Below are positions 43,191-53,389 of a stretch of DNA of 64,000 nucleotides, piece after piece. Made by a program: the position numbers and the translations under genes. The notes beneath the pieces are model-generated. The model had not been told where the DNA came from, did not search any database, and worked only from the letters and a program-made list of their open reading frames with translations. The stretch lies in the IMG/VR virus record IMGVR_UViG_3300024999_000035, positions 64,001 to 128,000 of that record; one strand, 5' to 3'. Source of the DNA: a virus (Duplodnaviria; Heunggongvirae; Uroviricota; Caudoviricetes). The number at the start of each line of letters is the position of its first letter. Position 1 is the first letter of the stretch.

Positions 43191-43650
43191 TTATAGTGAT
43201 CACCTCCTCTTTATACCTTAAAAAGAAATACATTTTACTCATTTTAATGCTCTTATCTTGAATAAATCCATTTTTAAGATAAAATTTAATATGATTATCC
43301 GTATGTTCCGATTCAGTAACTAAACAATAACCTTTAGGCATTCTCCTATATATTTCTTGTAAAAGCATACTTCCTATACCTTGTTGTCTATGGTCAGGAT
43401 GTATTTCAATTAAATAATGCCACCAAATATTAGGGTATTTATCTTTATGTCTCCAATATTTAGTTGACGCATTTGGTTTATAAAAACTAAAACCTAAAAG
43501 TTTGTCATTGTCATCATAACAACCCAACCCTATTCCAATTTTACAATCTTTACTAGAATAATCTGATATATAATCCCAATCATCTTTGTTTTTCCAATGT
43601 TCGTTTATATAATCAATAAATTCGCTTCTTTTACATCTTTTTAGTTTCAT
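43162..43650 (-). CDS. GNAT-family acetyltransferase
   Basis: IEIHPDHRQQGIGSMLL...IKFYLKNGF. Confidence 0.85.
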   Translation of the reverse strand: MKLKRCKRSEFIDYINEHWKNKDDWDYISDYSSKDCKIGIGLGCYDDNDKLLGFSFYKPNASTKYWRHKDKYPNIWWHYLIEIHPDHRQQGIGSMLLQEIYRRMPKGYCLVTESEHTDNHIKFYLKNGFIQDKSIKMSKMYFFLRYKEEVITINENERFFPK

Positions 43651-43759
43651 AATCTACCTTCCTTTTAAATTAAAATGGTAATTTTAACGGTATTTTAGAA
43701 AAGTGAAACCCTTATGAGAGTAGGGGTGTAGGGTTTTCACCTTTCTACATTTCTTAGAA

Positions 43760-44650
43760 TCAACCACATTTTTGGTTAACAGTTTTGTAATACTTATAAT
43801 TACAATCTCTAATATCCTTAACATTATCGTAACAACCGATTAGTGAAAATTGATGCTCATATGATTTTCTTTTTACTGAATAATTTTTCTTATGAATTAA
43901 ATTATCCAATTCCTCATATAAATTATCTAAATCATCTTGAGAAATATTTTTGTCTACTAATACCTTAATATTGTATCGTGGACTACATATACAACCATTC
44001 TTATTCTCATCACGTATTCCTACAACTTTTATTCCAGAAAGCATATTTGGAAGCTCTTCAAAGAAATTAAAAGCAAATAATCTATCAAATTCATGAGTTT
44101 CATTTGTTTGTTTTTCCATTTCAATAAAGAGCTTCCATTGCCTTTCTACATAATCTTCTTGGGTTATAGATTCATCTCTTCTAAATTGGTTATAAAGTTC
44201 AGTTTCTTCGTTGAATTCTCTAATGCATTGATATCCGTGATAATAAAACTCTCCATCTCCCCAATCTACTTTTTCATAAGCAACTAAAGCATTTCCATCA
44301 GTATATGAATCAACAAAATATAACTTAGAGTCATCGCTAATTACTTTTACTTTCTCTAGAAATAAATCAATATTATTTTCAAAGCTTAAATATGTTGCAC
44401 TTGGTTTAAATTTATCAATTAGCCATTCATGTTCACCAAAAATTTGAAATCCTTTCTTAGTTAACCATATTCCATATTTCCATAATGGTGTTTCTTTTAA
44501 TGTAAAATGGCATACAGTATTTTCTCCAAATGAAAATATAAAATATCCATTACCAAACTCTTTTTTAGTTATGGTAAATTTCTCTGAAACTTGGGCTAAA
44601 ATATTTTCTAATCTTACCTTGTTATGTTTCTTTAATAATCTCTTTTTCAT
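43760..44650 (-). CDS. Hypothetical protein
   Basis: 296-aa ORF with RBS. Confidence 0.7.
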   Translation of the reverse strand: MKKRLLKKHNKVRLENILAQVSEKFTITKKEFGNGYFIFSFGENTVCHFTLKETPLWKYGIWLTKKGFQIFGEHEWLIDKFKPSATYLSFENNIDLFLEKVKVISDDSKLYFVDSYTDGNALVAYEKVDWGDGEFYYHGYQCIREFNEETELYNQFRRDESITQEDYVERQWKLFIEMEKQTNETHEFDRLFAFNFFEELPNMLSGIKVVGIRDENKNGCICSPRYNIKVLVDKNISQDDLDNLYEELDNLIHKKNYSVKRKSYEHQFSLIGCYDNVKDIRDCNYKYYKTVNQKCG

Positions 44651-44878
44651 TTAATTGTCCTCCTCTTTGCTTTCCACTTCTTCATCGTTAAGAATTTCAT
44701 TACACAATTCAATGCATTCGTCACAAATAAAAACTCCTGGCCCAACTATAAGTTTTTCAACTGCAGATTGACTTTTACCACAGAATGAGCAATGTACTTC
44801 TTTATCTCTATTAAGTTTTGCTAATTGATCATACTTCTTTGCTTTATCTACAATTTCATAAAGTAATTCTTTATCCAT
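44651..44878 (-). CDS. Stand-alone ClpX C4 zinc-binding-domain protein
   Basis: [34 protein letters not shown]. Confidence 0.9.
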   Translation of the reverse strand: MDKELLYEIVDKAKKYDQLAKLNRDKEVHCSFCGKSQSAVEKLIVGPGVFICDECIELCNEILNDEEVESKEEDN

Positions 44879-44910
44879 TTTAAATTACCTCTTTCTTTAA
44901 TTAAATTTAC

Positions 44911-45393
44911 TCAAACTACAATCAACCTTCCACCACATTTACAATGATACTTTTCAGGAGTTCTAATTACACCTGATATACGATCTTTATATGATTTATT
45001 ATGGCATTTCTGACATTCAATGGTGTATTTAGCATTCTTTGATATCTCTCTTTCTACTCCAATATTCTCACAGGAATTCGTACGAGCAATTTTATATCCA
45101 TATGCTCTGTTCATTTTGCTTACATGAGATTTCCATATTGCTTGATGATTCATAGAGTCGGGACACGTATGGAGTATTTCATGTACTAATGTTTGTTTTG
45201 CCATTTTATCTTCTGCTTTATCGAATATTGAAGACAACTCAATAATGAATTTACCTGATTTTCTAGAGCATCTTCCAAATCTTTTTGCTCTGGTATTGAT
45301 AATTACATTTGGATCAATGTTTTGAGATATTGGAATGTTTAGTTGTTTTGCTTCTAGGATTACTTCTTGGAGAAGTTTATTGTATCTGCTCAT
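44911..45393 (-). CDS. SprT-like zinc metalloprotease
   Basis: HEILH...H...WK; C-terminal CxxC / CxC. Confidence 0.85.
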   Translation of the reverse strand: MSRYNKLLQEVILEAKQLNIPISQNIDPNVIINTRAKRFGRCSRKSGKFIIELSSIFDKAEDKMAKQTLVHEILHTCPDSMNHQAIWKSHVSKMNRAYGYKIARTNSCENIGVEREISKNAKYTIECQKCHNKSYKDRISGVIRTPEKYHCKCGGRLIVV

Positions 45394-46075
45394 TTTATGT
45401 ACCTCCTGATAAATTTATTTCTGTGTTTAGTGTATCACAAATCAAGAGTTATTGCAATAGTCAATACTACCTAATTCTTCCACAACTTCAACATCTTCTA
45501 ACCTTAATCCAATTGGAGAAAATTGAAGACAACCACCTTTTTCATAACATAGATCATCTTCAAGGTCTTTCCAATAATGATAGATACATGATTTGCAATT
45601 ACGGATTACTTTAATTTTTGTTTGAATATATTTATCTTTCATAAGCAATTCTTTTCTTCTTCCAATCCTTTTCTGGATCATTATTATTTTGAAAATATCC
45701 TGTCCATCCACAGTTTCTACATTCCAATTCATCTTTGCAAATATTGTATAAATGGTCTTCAAAATGCTTTCTTACTGTCCCTCTAATTTCAATATCTTCT
45801 TCTACATTAAATTCATTAGTATGACATATTGGACACTGGATTGTGTTACCTTTTACAATTGCTTTCATAATTAAATCTCTCCTTTTAATTATAATAAATA
45901 TAGTTAAATAATGAATTTTCTAAAAAATGGTATTTGTATTAATAATATACAACCGCCAACTACACCAGCCACAAATCCTGAAACTCCTAAATATTTGCAT
46001 GCAAATATTAATAGAATCTGGGAAGCAATGATCATGAGTATTCTTTTTTTCTTATTCATTACAAATAATCCTCCT

Positions 46076-46423
46076 TTATTTCTTTTCTGCCAACCACTTA
46101 TTCATTTCCTCTTTACTTAACTCGATTAGAATATCACTAATTTGATTCATTGTTTCTCTTGAAATCTCTGATATCTTTTCTTTTAATTCTGATTTATCTA
46201 CTACTGTTTGAAATGGTATACAACATCTTATGATATCGATATCAGATTCTAACATAGATAAATTCGTTTCGCTTATTGGCAATACGCCAACTCTAGGATT
46301 AAACCTACTAGAATTCCCTCCTATTATGTAATAAATATTTTTAGGGCCGTGTATACTAAAAACATCTCCTCTTTTAATTTCTACAACTTCATTGTGTTTT
46401 GATTTCTTATTAAATCCAAACAT
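46076..46423 (-). CDS. Divergent PemK/MazF-like protein
   Basis: IKRGDVF...VGVLPIS...VDKSELKEKISEIS...MNQISDIL; the RP motif is missing. Confidence 0.6.
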   Translation of the reverse strand: MFGFNKKSKHNEVVEIKRGDVFSIHGPKNIYYIIGGNSSRFNPRVGVLPISETNLSMLESDIDIIRCCIPFQTVVDKSELKEKISEISRETMNQISDILIELSKEEMNKWLAEKK

Positions 46424-46458
46424 ATCATTACCTCCTCAGATTTACTTTCTCTATATAC

Positions 46459-46496
46459 ATATTACACCACTTCACAATGAATTGCAAGATGGTGTA
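46459..46496 (-). promoter_or_regulatory. sigmaA promoter overlapped by an inverted-repeat operator
   Basis: TTGCAA-17-TAATAT; IR TACACCACTTCACAA-N4-TTGCAAGATGGTGTA. Confidence 0.65.
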
Positions 46497-46608
46497 AAAA
46501 ATTATTTATATATTTTACTTAAATTTATAAAAATAAAATAAAATGCAATTTTTAATGGATTTAGTGAACCCTGAAACGTAAGTATAGCTTGATTTTTAGT
46601 TTTAGAAA

Positions 46609-49600
46609 TTAATAATTAATTGGAATATAATCCTGTAATTTTTTATTCCACCTATATTTTTGTATTTTATAGTTTGGATTATTTCTATTTTCCCTTAATT
46701 TCCAATAACAAGTATTGCATACATACTTTCCTCTATATTCTCCTTCTAGTACAGGAGTTAATGTATGTTCAGGACTGTCACAAATAGGACAGTTTAAAGT
46801 CGCTTCTGGTAGTGACATTTTTACTTCCTCCTCACTTATCCTTCAATTAATTCTATATTATCCAAAAGACCTTCTACTGCGTGTTGAACCAACTCTATCC
46901 TAAGTCTCTCTATTGATCTAGATTTAGTCCAAGTCATTGCATTAGGAATAGTTTCATTTATCATTCTAATTACATGATCACTAGGAGTCCCAAAATGATT
47001 AATTTCCTTCCAACTTGGTTCTTGACGAATAACTCTAAAATTATGAAGATCATGTAATCTAATTAAAGAACCTATCTTAACTTTTTCCATAACGTCAATA
47101 GCTTTATTAATTAACTCTCTGTCTATTTTATTCACTCCTCTTTATAATTCACTCAAACCATTAAACACAAACCAAGTCTCTAATAACCCTTCATGGTTAA
47201 CATTAATAAAAATTTGATCTGATTTATCTAAAATATCTCTTAAAAAATAATAAATATTTTCAATATCTTCTTTCTGAGGTATATTGAGACTATGTTTGGT
47301 TCTTACAATCATATGCATCTCAAAGTTATTGTCTATGATTTTAGTGACATCTTCACCATAGAAATGATCAAACTTTTTCTTGATATCGTTTAAGAATTTT
47401 TCTACTTCTGATTTTTGTTTCAATTTAATTTCCTCCTTTTAATAAATTTATCTCTCCACAAATACTTCCCAACCTCTAGATTCAGCTTCACTAATAATAA
47501 TTTCTTTCCAATTTTTACTAATAGGAGGATGATCTTGATCTCTAATTCCCATATAAGTATAAGCCAAAGTAAACTTACCTCTTAATATTACTCCTGATTC
47601 GTTTAAAGTATCTAATAACGCATCTATTACTTTTGTAATTGAATTAAATGAGCAATAAGTTGATACATCTCCAGATATTTCGTTTTGTTTACCTTTTGAA
47701 CTAAAAAATGTCACATGAGTTTTTGCTACCCATTCTCCTTCATCTATTTGAAAAACTTCAATTATCTCTGATGTATGAATCATTACTACACTTCCTTTGC
47801 TTTCTTAATATTTAAATATTAGGATATAATTGTTTTTAAAGTATTTCTAATTGTACTAGATTTTTATCCAATTCTAGAATACAACCTTTAATTTCATCAT
47901 TTAAAGGAAACCAATGCTGAGGCATTCTAATTAAATAATAATCTTTAGTTTCGCCAATATAGAATCCAAATTGCTCTTTCTTTTGACCTTTAATAATTAC
48001 CTTTTGTAAATAATTCATTTTAAAATAACACCCTTTCAAATAAGTATTTCTTGGCATTATAAAATAGTTTTTATATGCTCTATCTTACCACATTTCTCAC
48101 ATTGAACAACGCTAATTACCCCTCGTTTAGATAATTCAGTCACAATAACAGAGGGCATTCTTGCCTCAGTAACATTCTTCAATTCGCTTTCGAATTTATG
48201 AGTTGAAAGCGAATTCCATTTATGATTACAAAACATAATTTATTTCATCCTTTCTAAATTAAACTCTCTTATTCCACGCTACAATAGCTTCTTCTTTGGT
48301 TTTATAGTTTTCTTTCCAGCCACAATTATATTCTTCACAATTGGGATTATACCAAATATCTCCATCATTAAATTCTACATGAGTTAGATAGGCTACACCT
48401 CCGCAAAATGGACAAGATTTTAATTGATCCCTGTACTCGGATGTAACTCCCATATTGAAAACTTGTTCTTTTTCTGGACATTTATCTGCTGAAATTAAAT
48501 TATAAAAATTATCAAATATTTTTCTAATATGTTCTCCTTTGTACTTTTTAGAAATTACAAAATCATTAAGAATATTTTCAACGTTTTGTAATAATTCTTT
48601 TTCAGTATCTTTTAATTCTTTAAACATTTTTATCTTCCTCTCTAATAACTTTGAAATGAGTCTTTGCTGGTATTTCCTCTAATTCAATATTTCTACTAAA
48701 CTGAAGAGAATTTATACCAATGTTCTTTATACAACTTAAGGAATTTTTGAATATTTGATTTCATTGTTTCTAATTCTTCAATACAAGAATTTTTATAGTC
48801 TTCAGGTATTTTATCACACAATAATATATCTTGAGCAGTAATTTTATTAAATTTATTTAAACCCCATTCTAACCAATCCAAATAAGCTTGATACCTTTCT
48901 TTTTCTCTATTCGTCCATATGCATGATGCTTCAAGCAACATAAAATATTTATCTCGATTCGGCAAATCAAATGATGCAAATTCGAAATCAATATTTAATG
49001 GATTATATAGTCGATCATCCATACAATAATAATAAGGTATTTCTGGTAGATTAAAAACTTCAACTAAATAGTTTAACATTCTAAATTTGTATCCCTCAAA
49101 AGTTATACACGGTATTATTGTTGATGTTGAATACCTTTCTATAACTTTACCTATAAATTTTCTTGGATAAAACCAATAATCAACGCTCAAATTTATTCTC
49201 TCCTTTCAATTGAAATTCCTGTTTTAATATTTTACCTAGTCTTTCCCCAACTTTCAGAAGGACACCATACTCCAGTTTCGCATACTTCTGAATATCTATC
49301 ATAATGTTTTTGATTTTCATGATAATTGTTATTAATTGATGAATATCTATGATCTATATTTTTATTAACAATCCTTACGCTTTGAAATTCACAACTTTCG
49401 TCTTCATTTGGTATACAATTAAAGCATATTGGCCCTCTAGTACATTCTTTACAGACATTTGGTATTCTTCTATATCTATTGCAGTTTCCTTGTGTATCTG
49501 GTATACAGTGTTCCTTCATTTTAATACAGTCTTTACACAGGAACATATAATCGTTACTCAATTTTAAATAATCTCCTTTTCTTTTTAATTATACAATCAA

Positions 49601-51165
49601 ATCTATCTTTCCTGGGAAGTTATCTTATCACTTTTCTATGCAAACAATCTTCTCCTGCTCCGCATTCCACACATCTTTTTGGGTTAATTTTTTCTCCATT
49701 ACTGTTAAATGCTTCAAAACCTAACCCACAATTATCACACCAAACAAGCTTAATCAGTTTATTGTGTTTCTCCTTACATTCATTTCCGCAAACTTTGATG
49801 CCATCATTAGTTATCTCCATATTTTGATAAGTAATATGTCTTTTCTTACAGACTGGGCATAAATCTTTGTCGGTATATATTCCTTTCATTTACAGTCAAC
49901 AACCTTTCTTATAACTTAAAATCGTGCTTTCAAGCTAATTGACAATACTAAATCTGCTCATTGAAACATGCTCTAAGTATCTACCATTTTCAAATACATT
50001 ACAATATTCCATTCCGTCAACTTTGTCTGTATAAGTATATTGGATATCATACTCTTTACCCATCTCTGTGTAATTTCTAGGGTTGATACAAATTGCTTTC
50101 TTAGTGTGACCCCATGATTTATTCTCCATTTTTATTCACTCTCTCTTTCTTTTAATTAGGATTTAAAATAGTATTTTTAAACTATTTCAGTCAATGGACA
50201 ATTCTTCATTTGTTCTTCCCAATTTTCAAAAGAGACATATTGCTCTTGTTCTACTTGAATACTGCAACAATCTGAGTTATTGTCTCTCAATGGGCATCTT
50301 AAACAATGTTTTTCTTTTTCAAATTTAATCTCTACAGAGTAATTTTTCATAGTATAAAACCGTCCTTTCATTTCCTTTTAAGTTGACCAAATAATTCTTT
50401 ATCAAATGCTTGAATCTTTTCATCCTCTTCGAAATATTCATCAACATTATCAAAATAGTTATCTTCTGTCTCAAGAATCCAATCTTCCCATTCTTTTTCT
50501 TCTTCATTGAACACTTGAAGTCCAGATGCATTACAATAATCGGGTTTAATTCTATTCTCTAACTGAAATAAATCATAACAAGCAAGAATATCCATAACTT
50601 TCTTACCTTCTTCTGCTGACTCGACTGGTACATATAACGTTGCATTATGACCAACTTGGGGAATGTGCCATACTCTTAATTTATTCATTTTAATTTTACT
50701 CCTTTAAATTGCTTGCCCTTTGTCAAGTCAACTTCTAATTAAACACCTTACTCCCAAGAACTACAACATCGTCCCTTTGATCTATGAATTTATTCATATC
50801 CTGTTCGTTTGAGAATTTTTGATAAAATATTCTGTCTTCGTGGTCCGCGAAAATCAACATAAACATTCTAAATACCTCCTTAACATTAGATTAAATTTAG
50901 ACTTTTAACGACTCTTTCTTATTGCTTCTTTCATATTTCCAACAAAATTATTAGAAAATCCAATTGTTGTTCCAATAAATACTAAATCATCATAGTTGGC
51001 TAAAGGTTTTTCTCCATGATGAACTGACGTAGTAACTACACACCAAGTATTATTAATACGAACATTAATATTCGCGTGTTCTTTATTTCTCGCCATTGCT
51101 AATTCTTGCATAACTTCTTCCATTTTTCTAGAATAATAATAATCCCATTTTTGTTCTTGATCCAT
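46609..51165 (-). other. Run of small hypothetical ORFs, several Cys-rich (46609-46818, 46836-47135, 47142-47423, 47448-47783, 48696-49190, 49232-49561, 49620-49889, 50368-50688, 50905-51165)
   Basis: RBS-led minus-strand ORFs. Confidence 0.6.
48259..48627 (-). CDS. Protein with a C-terminal Lar-family zinc finger
   Basis: LKSCPFCGG...EEAIVAWNKR. Confidence 0.75.
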   Translation of the reverse strand: MFKELKDTEKELLQNVENILNDFVISKKYKGEHIRKIFDNFYNLISADKCPEKEQVFNMGVTSEYRDQLKSCPFCGGVAYLTHVEFNDGDIWYNPNCEEYNCGWKENYKTKEEAIVAWNKRV

Positions 51166-51181
51166 TTTAAATTTCTCCTCC

Positions 51182-51448
51182 CTATTCCATCAAATTTTCA
51201 ATCTTAACCCCTAACACATTAACTAACTTTAAAGCATTTTCAAAACTGATATTGGTCTTTTTACTAACTTTCCGATATTGGTAAATCGTCTCAATACTTA
51301 ATCCAGTTTTGTCTGCTAATCCTTGCCCATTCCTGTGATATTCTGAGTTATCAATGAGTTTTACTAAATTACTTTTTATGACAGTAGAATCAGTTGCGTT
51401 ATATTTTACTATTAGTGATTCTAAATCCTTTTGCTGAATGTGATTCAT
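51182..51448 (-). CDS. XRE-family HTH protein
   Basis: GLADKTGLSIETIYQY...ISFENALKLVNVLGV. Confidence 0.8.
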   Translation of the reverse strand: MNHIQQKDLESLIVKYNATDSTVIKSNLVKLIDNSEYHRNGQGLADKTGLSIETIYQYRKVSKKTNISFENALKLVNVLGVKIENLME

Positions 51449-51500
51449 TTTTCTATGTATTCACCTGCTTTCTGACTGATTTATTTTACTTCTTGTGTAT

Positions 51501-51529
51501 ATTCTATCATCTGCCAATTGGTATGTCAA
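51501..51529 (-). promoter_or_regulatory. sigmaA promoter
   Basis: TTGACA-17-TAGAAT with extended TG. Confidence 0.8.
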
Positions 51530-51591
51530 CCCCAATTTAGGTTAAATAAAAAATATTATTTTTATGTTTTAAATCAAAGGAAATTGCACTT

Positions 51592-52062
51592 TTAAAGCAA
51601 ATACTTCCAAGTTCTCTCTTTAATAATATCAGTAACCGCCTGTCTTGAAATATTAAACATTTCACCCAATACAGCACAAGAATAATTTCCTGTAGAATAT
51701 AATTGCCTTATCCTAATAACCTTATCTTCAGTTAGTCTAACCATAGAATTCTTTTCTCCTGTTTGACTTTTAGATAATTTTTCACCATATTCAGGAGTGT
51801 ATCTATTGTTACGTAGCCCATACAAAATGGCTTCAATAGCTTCTGTACTCCATTTCCCATCTGACCATTTATGACCTTTTAAAGATGTAGTTCTTCCTTT
51901 TTTGCGATCTATTAATTCTAGACCTAAGATTTTAAAACTCCTCGCTATAGTGCCACGACTTATTCCATATGATTTACCTATTTCTTCACAGGATAATCCA
52001 GACTTATATAATTCATATGCTTTAAGTATTTCAGTTTTATTCCTGCTAAATGGAGTAGGCAC
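51592..52062 (-). CDS. Homing-endonuclease-type DNA-binding protein (HTH + NUMOD3-like + HTH), no nuclease domain seen
   Basis: KLSKSQTGEKNSMVRLTEDKVIRIR...FNISRQAVTDIIKERTW. Confidence 0.65.
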   Translation of the reverse strand: MPTPFSRNKTEILKAYELYKSGLSCEEIGKSYGISRGTIARSFKILGLELIDRKKGRTTSLKGHKWSDGKWSTEAIEAILYGLRNNRYTPEYGEKLSKSQTGEKNSMVRLTEDKVIRIRQLYSTGNYSCAVLGEMFNISRQAVTDIIKERTWKYLL

Positions 52063-52294
52063 AATTTCAACTCCTACTAGATTAGATTTTTAACTTAATT
52101 AATCCATTTCGTCTGGAATAAATTCAATCACAAATTTATCAACCAATTTCCACAAATAATCATTTGAAACGCCCCATTCCTTATATATGATATCTGTACA
52201 TTGATTTGTTAATGTTGCTTGATTGCTGAACTTTTTAGAAAATTTCATTCTCTCGAATTGTTCCTTAACTAAGTTATAAACTTTCTCTTCCATA

Positions 52295-52732
52295 TTAAAT
52301 GCCTCCTTTCAATTCTTTTTCCTTATTCTTTGCTTCATACATTTCCCACATCTCTTTATTTGTATAAGTTCCCTCAATACTAGGAGTACCAATATTAAAA
52401 GTATGGAACAATTTAAGTTCATCTGAGTTCTTCATTTTGTAAAACATTTTCAGACATAAATCGTCTTCAAAATTACCAATACCTACTCCTGCAATAACCA
52501 TAACTTCAACCCCATTGTTCATTGTGAAATTCTTACCCATTCTAACCATGCGACTTTTAGTTTCTTCTTGATTCTCATTCATTGCAATATATTCGTCATA
52601 TGGCATAATCACTGATACAGGAGCATTATTTTTTACAATCACCTTTGTCATTTGTTTTGCCATTATTTCAGGCAATTCCTTTTTTACCTCTGAAGCACTA
52701 ACCATTAGACCGTCGAGATTTTGAATTTTCAT
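52295..52732 (-). CDS. Phd/YefM antitoxin-like N-terminal domain protein
   Basis: VSASEVKKELPEIM...VIVKNNAPVSVIMPYDEY. Confidence 0.7.
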   Translation of the reverse strand: MKIQNLDGLMVSASEVKKELPEIMAKQMTKVIVKNNAPVSVIMPYDEYIAMNENQEETKSRMVRMGKNFTMNNGVEVMVIAGVGIGNFEDDLCLKMFYKMKNSDELKLFHTFNIGTPSIEGTYTNKEMWEMYEAKNKEKELKGGI

Positions 52733-52761
52733 TTGTCTTACCTCCTTTTATTTGTTAATTC

Positions 52762-52790
52762 ATTATAACATATGTTGAAATTTGCGTCAA
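52762..52790 (-). promoter_or_regulatory. sigmaA promoter of the Phd-like gene
   Basis: TTGACG-17-TATAAT with extended TG. Confidence 0.8.
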
Positions 52791-52923
52791 CACTTTATAC
52801 TGAATTTAGGTGTAAATTTTGACCAAAGAGATTAAATAAAAAAGACTCTTTAATTTATAATCAATTCAAATTGCGTTTTCGAAGGATAATATTCAATGGT
52901 AATTTTATCTTAATAAACAGTTG

Positions 52924-52954
52924 AAAAAATAAAAGAGCATTATTCGCTCTTTTA
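52924..52954 (-). terminator. Intrinsic terminator
   Basis: TAAAAGAGC-7-GCTCTTTTA stem followed by a U-tract on the minus strand. Confidence 0.75.
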
Positions 52955-52970
52955 AATACTTTCTTTTTAA

Positions 52971-53118
52971 TTAAGAATTATCCCATATTTCTTGTTCAGG
53001 TGTTTTTGGTGGAGGTTCAGGAGTTTTACCGCTATATAAATCTTCAATTTGAGTCTTAATTTCTGCTCCCTCCTGGAGTGTTCCACCAATCTGCTGTTTT
53101 ATTATTTGGATCTGACAT
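52971..53118 (-). pseudogene. Small gene with an apparent +1 frameshift near its start
   Basis: ATG 53118 to TAA 52971 is 148 nt (3n+1); removing one C gives MSDQIIKQQIGGTLQEG...EIWDNS. Confidence 0.45.
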
Positions 53119-53360
53119 AAAGCACCTTCTTTCCTAATAATTTAAATTAATTATCACAAAACTACTTAGGATCATGGATATTACTATTATCCATATTTAG
53201 TCTTTTTTCTAAGTCTTGTGCTCTCTTTTCTTGCCCTAAATCTTTAGCTACCGCAATTTGTTCTTTCACTATATTGACTTCGGTTTGGGTCATTTGACTA
53301 CCTGAGTCGAATTTGTTCTCATTGCTCATCTCAATCACCTCCTTCTATTTGACTAAACTT

Positions 53361-53389
53361 ATACTACCATGCATGTAAAATACAGTCAA
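53361..53389 (-). promoter_or_regulatory. sigmaA promoter
   Basis: TTGACT-17-TAGTAT with extended TG. Confidence 0.7.

Noticed and set aside
47836-48057. Self-target of array unit F (GFYIGETK versus predicted GWYIGEDSEV), and of the 16555 unit in LVFEVDPE of the SroF-like gene
   Set aside because: Only partial matches that break down after 4-5 positions; not credible targets.
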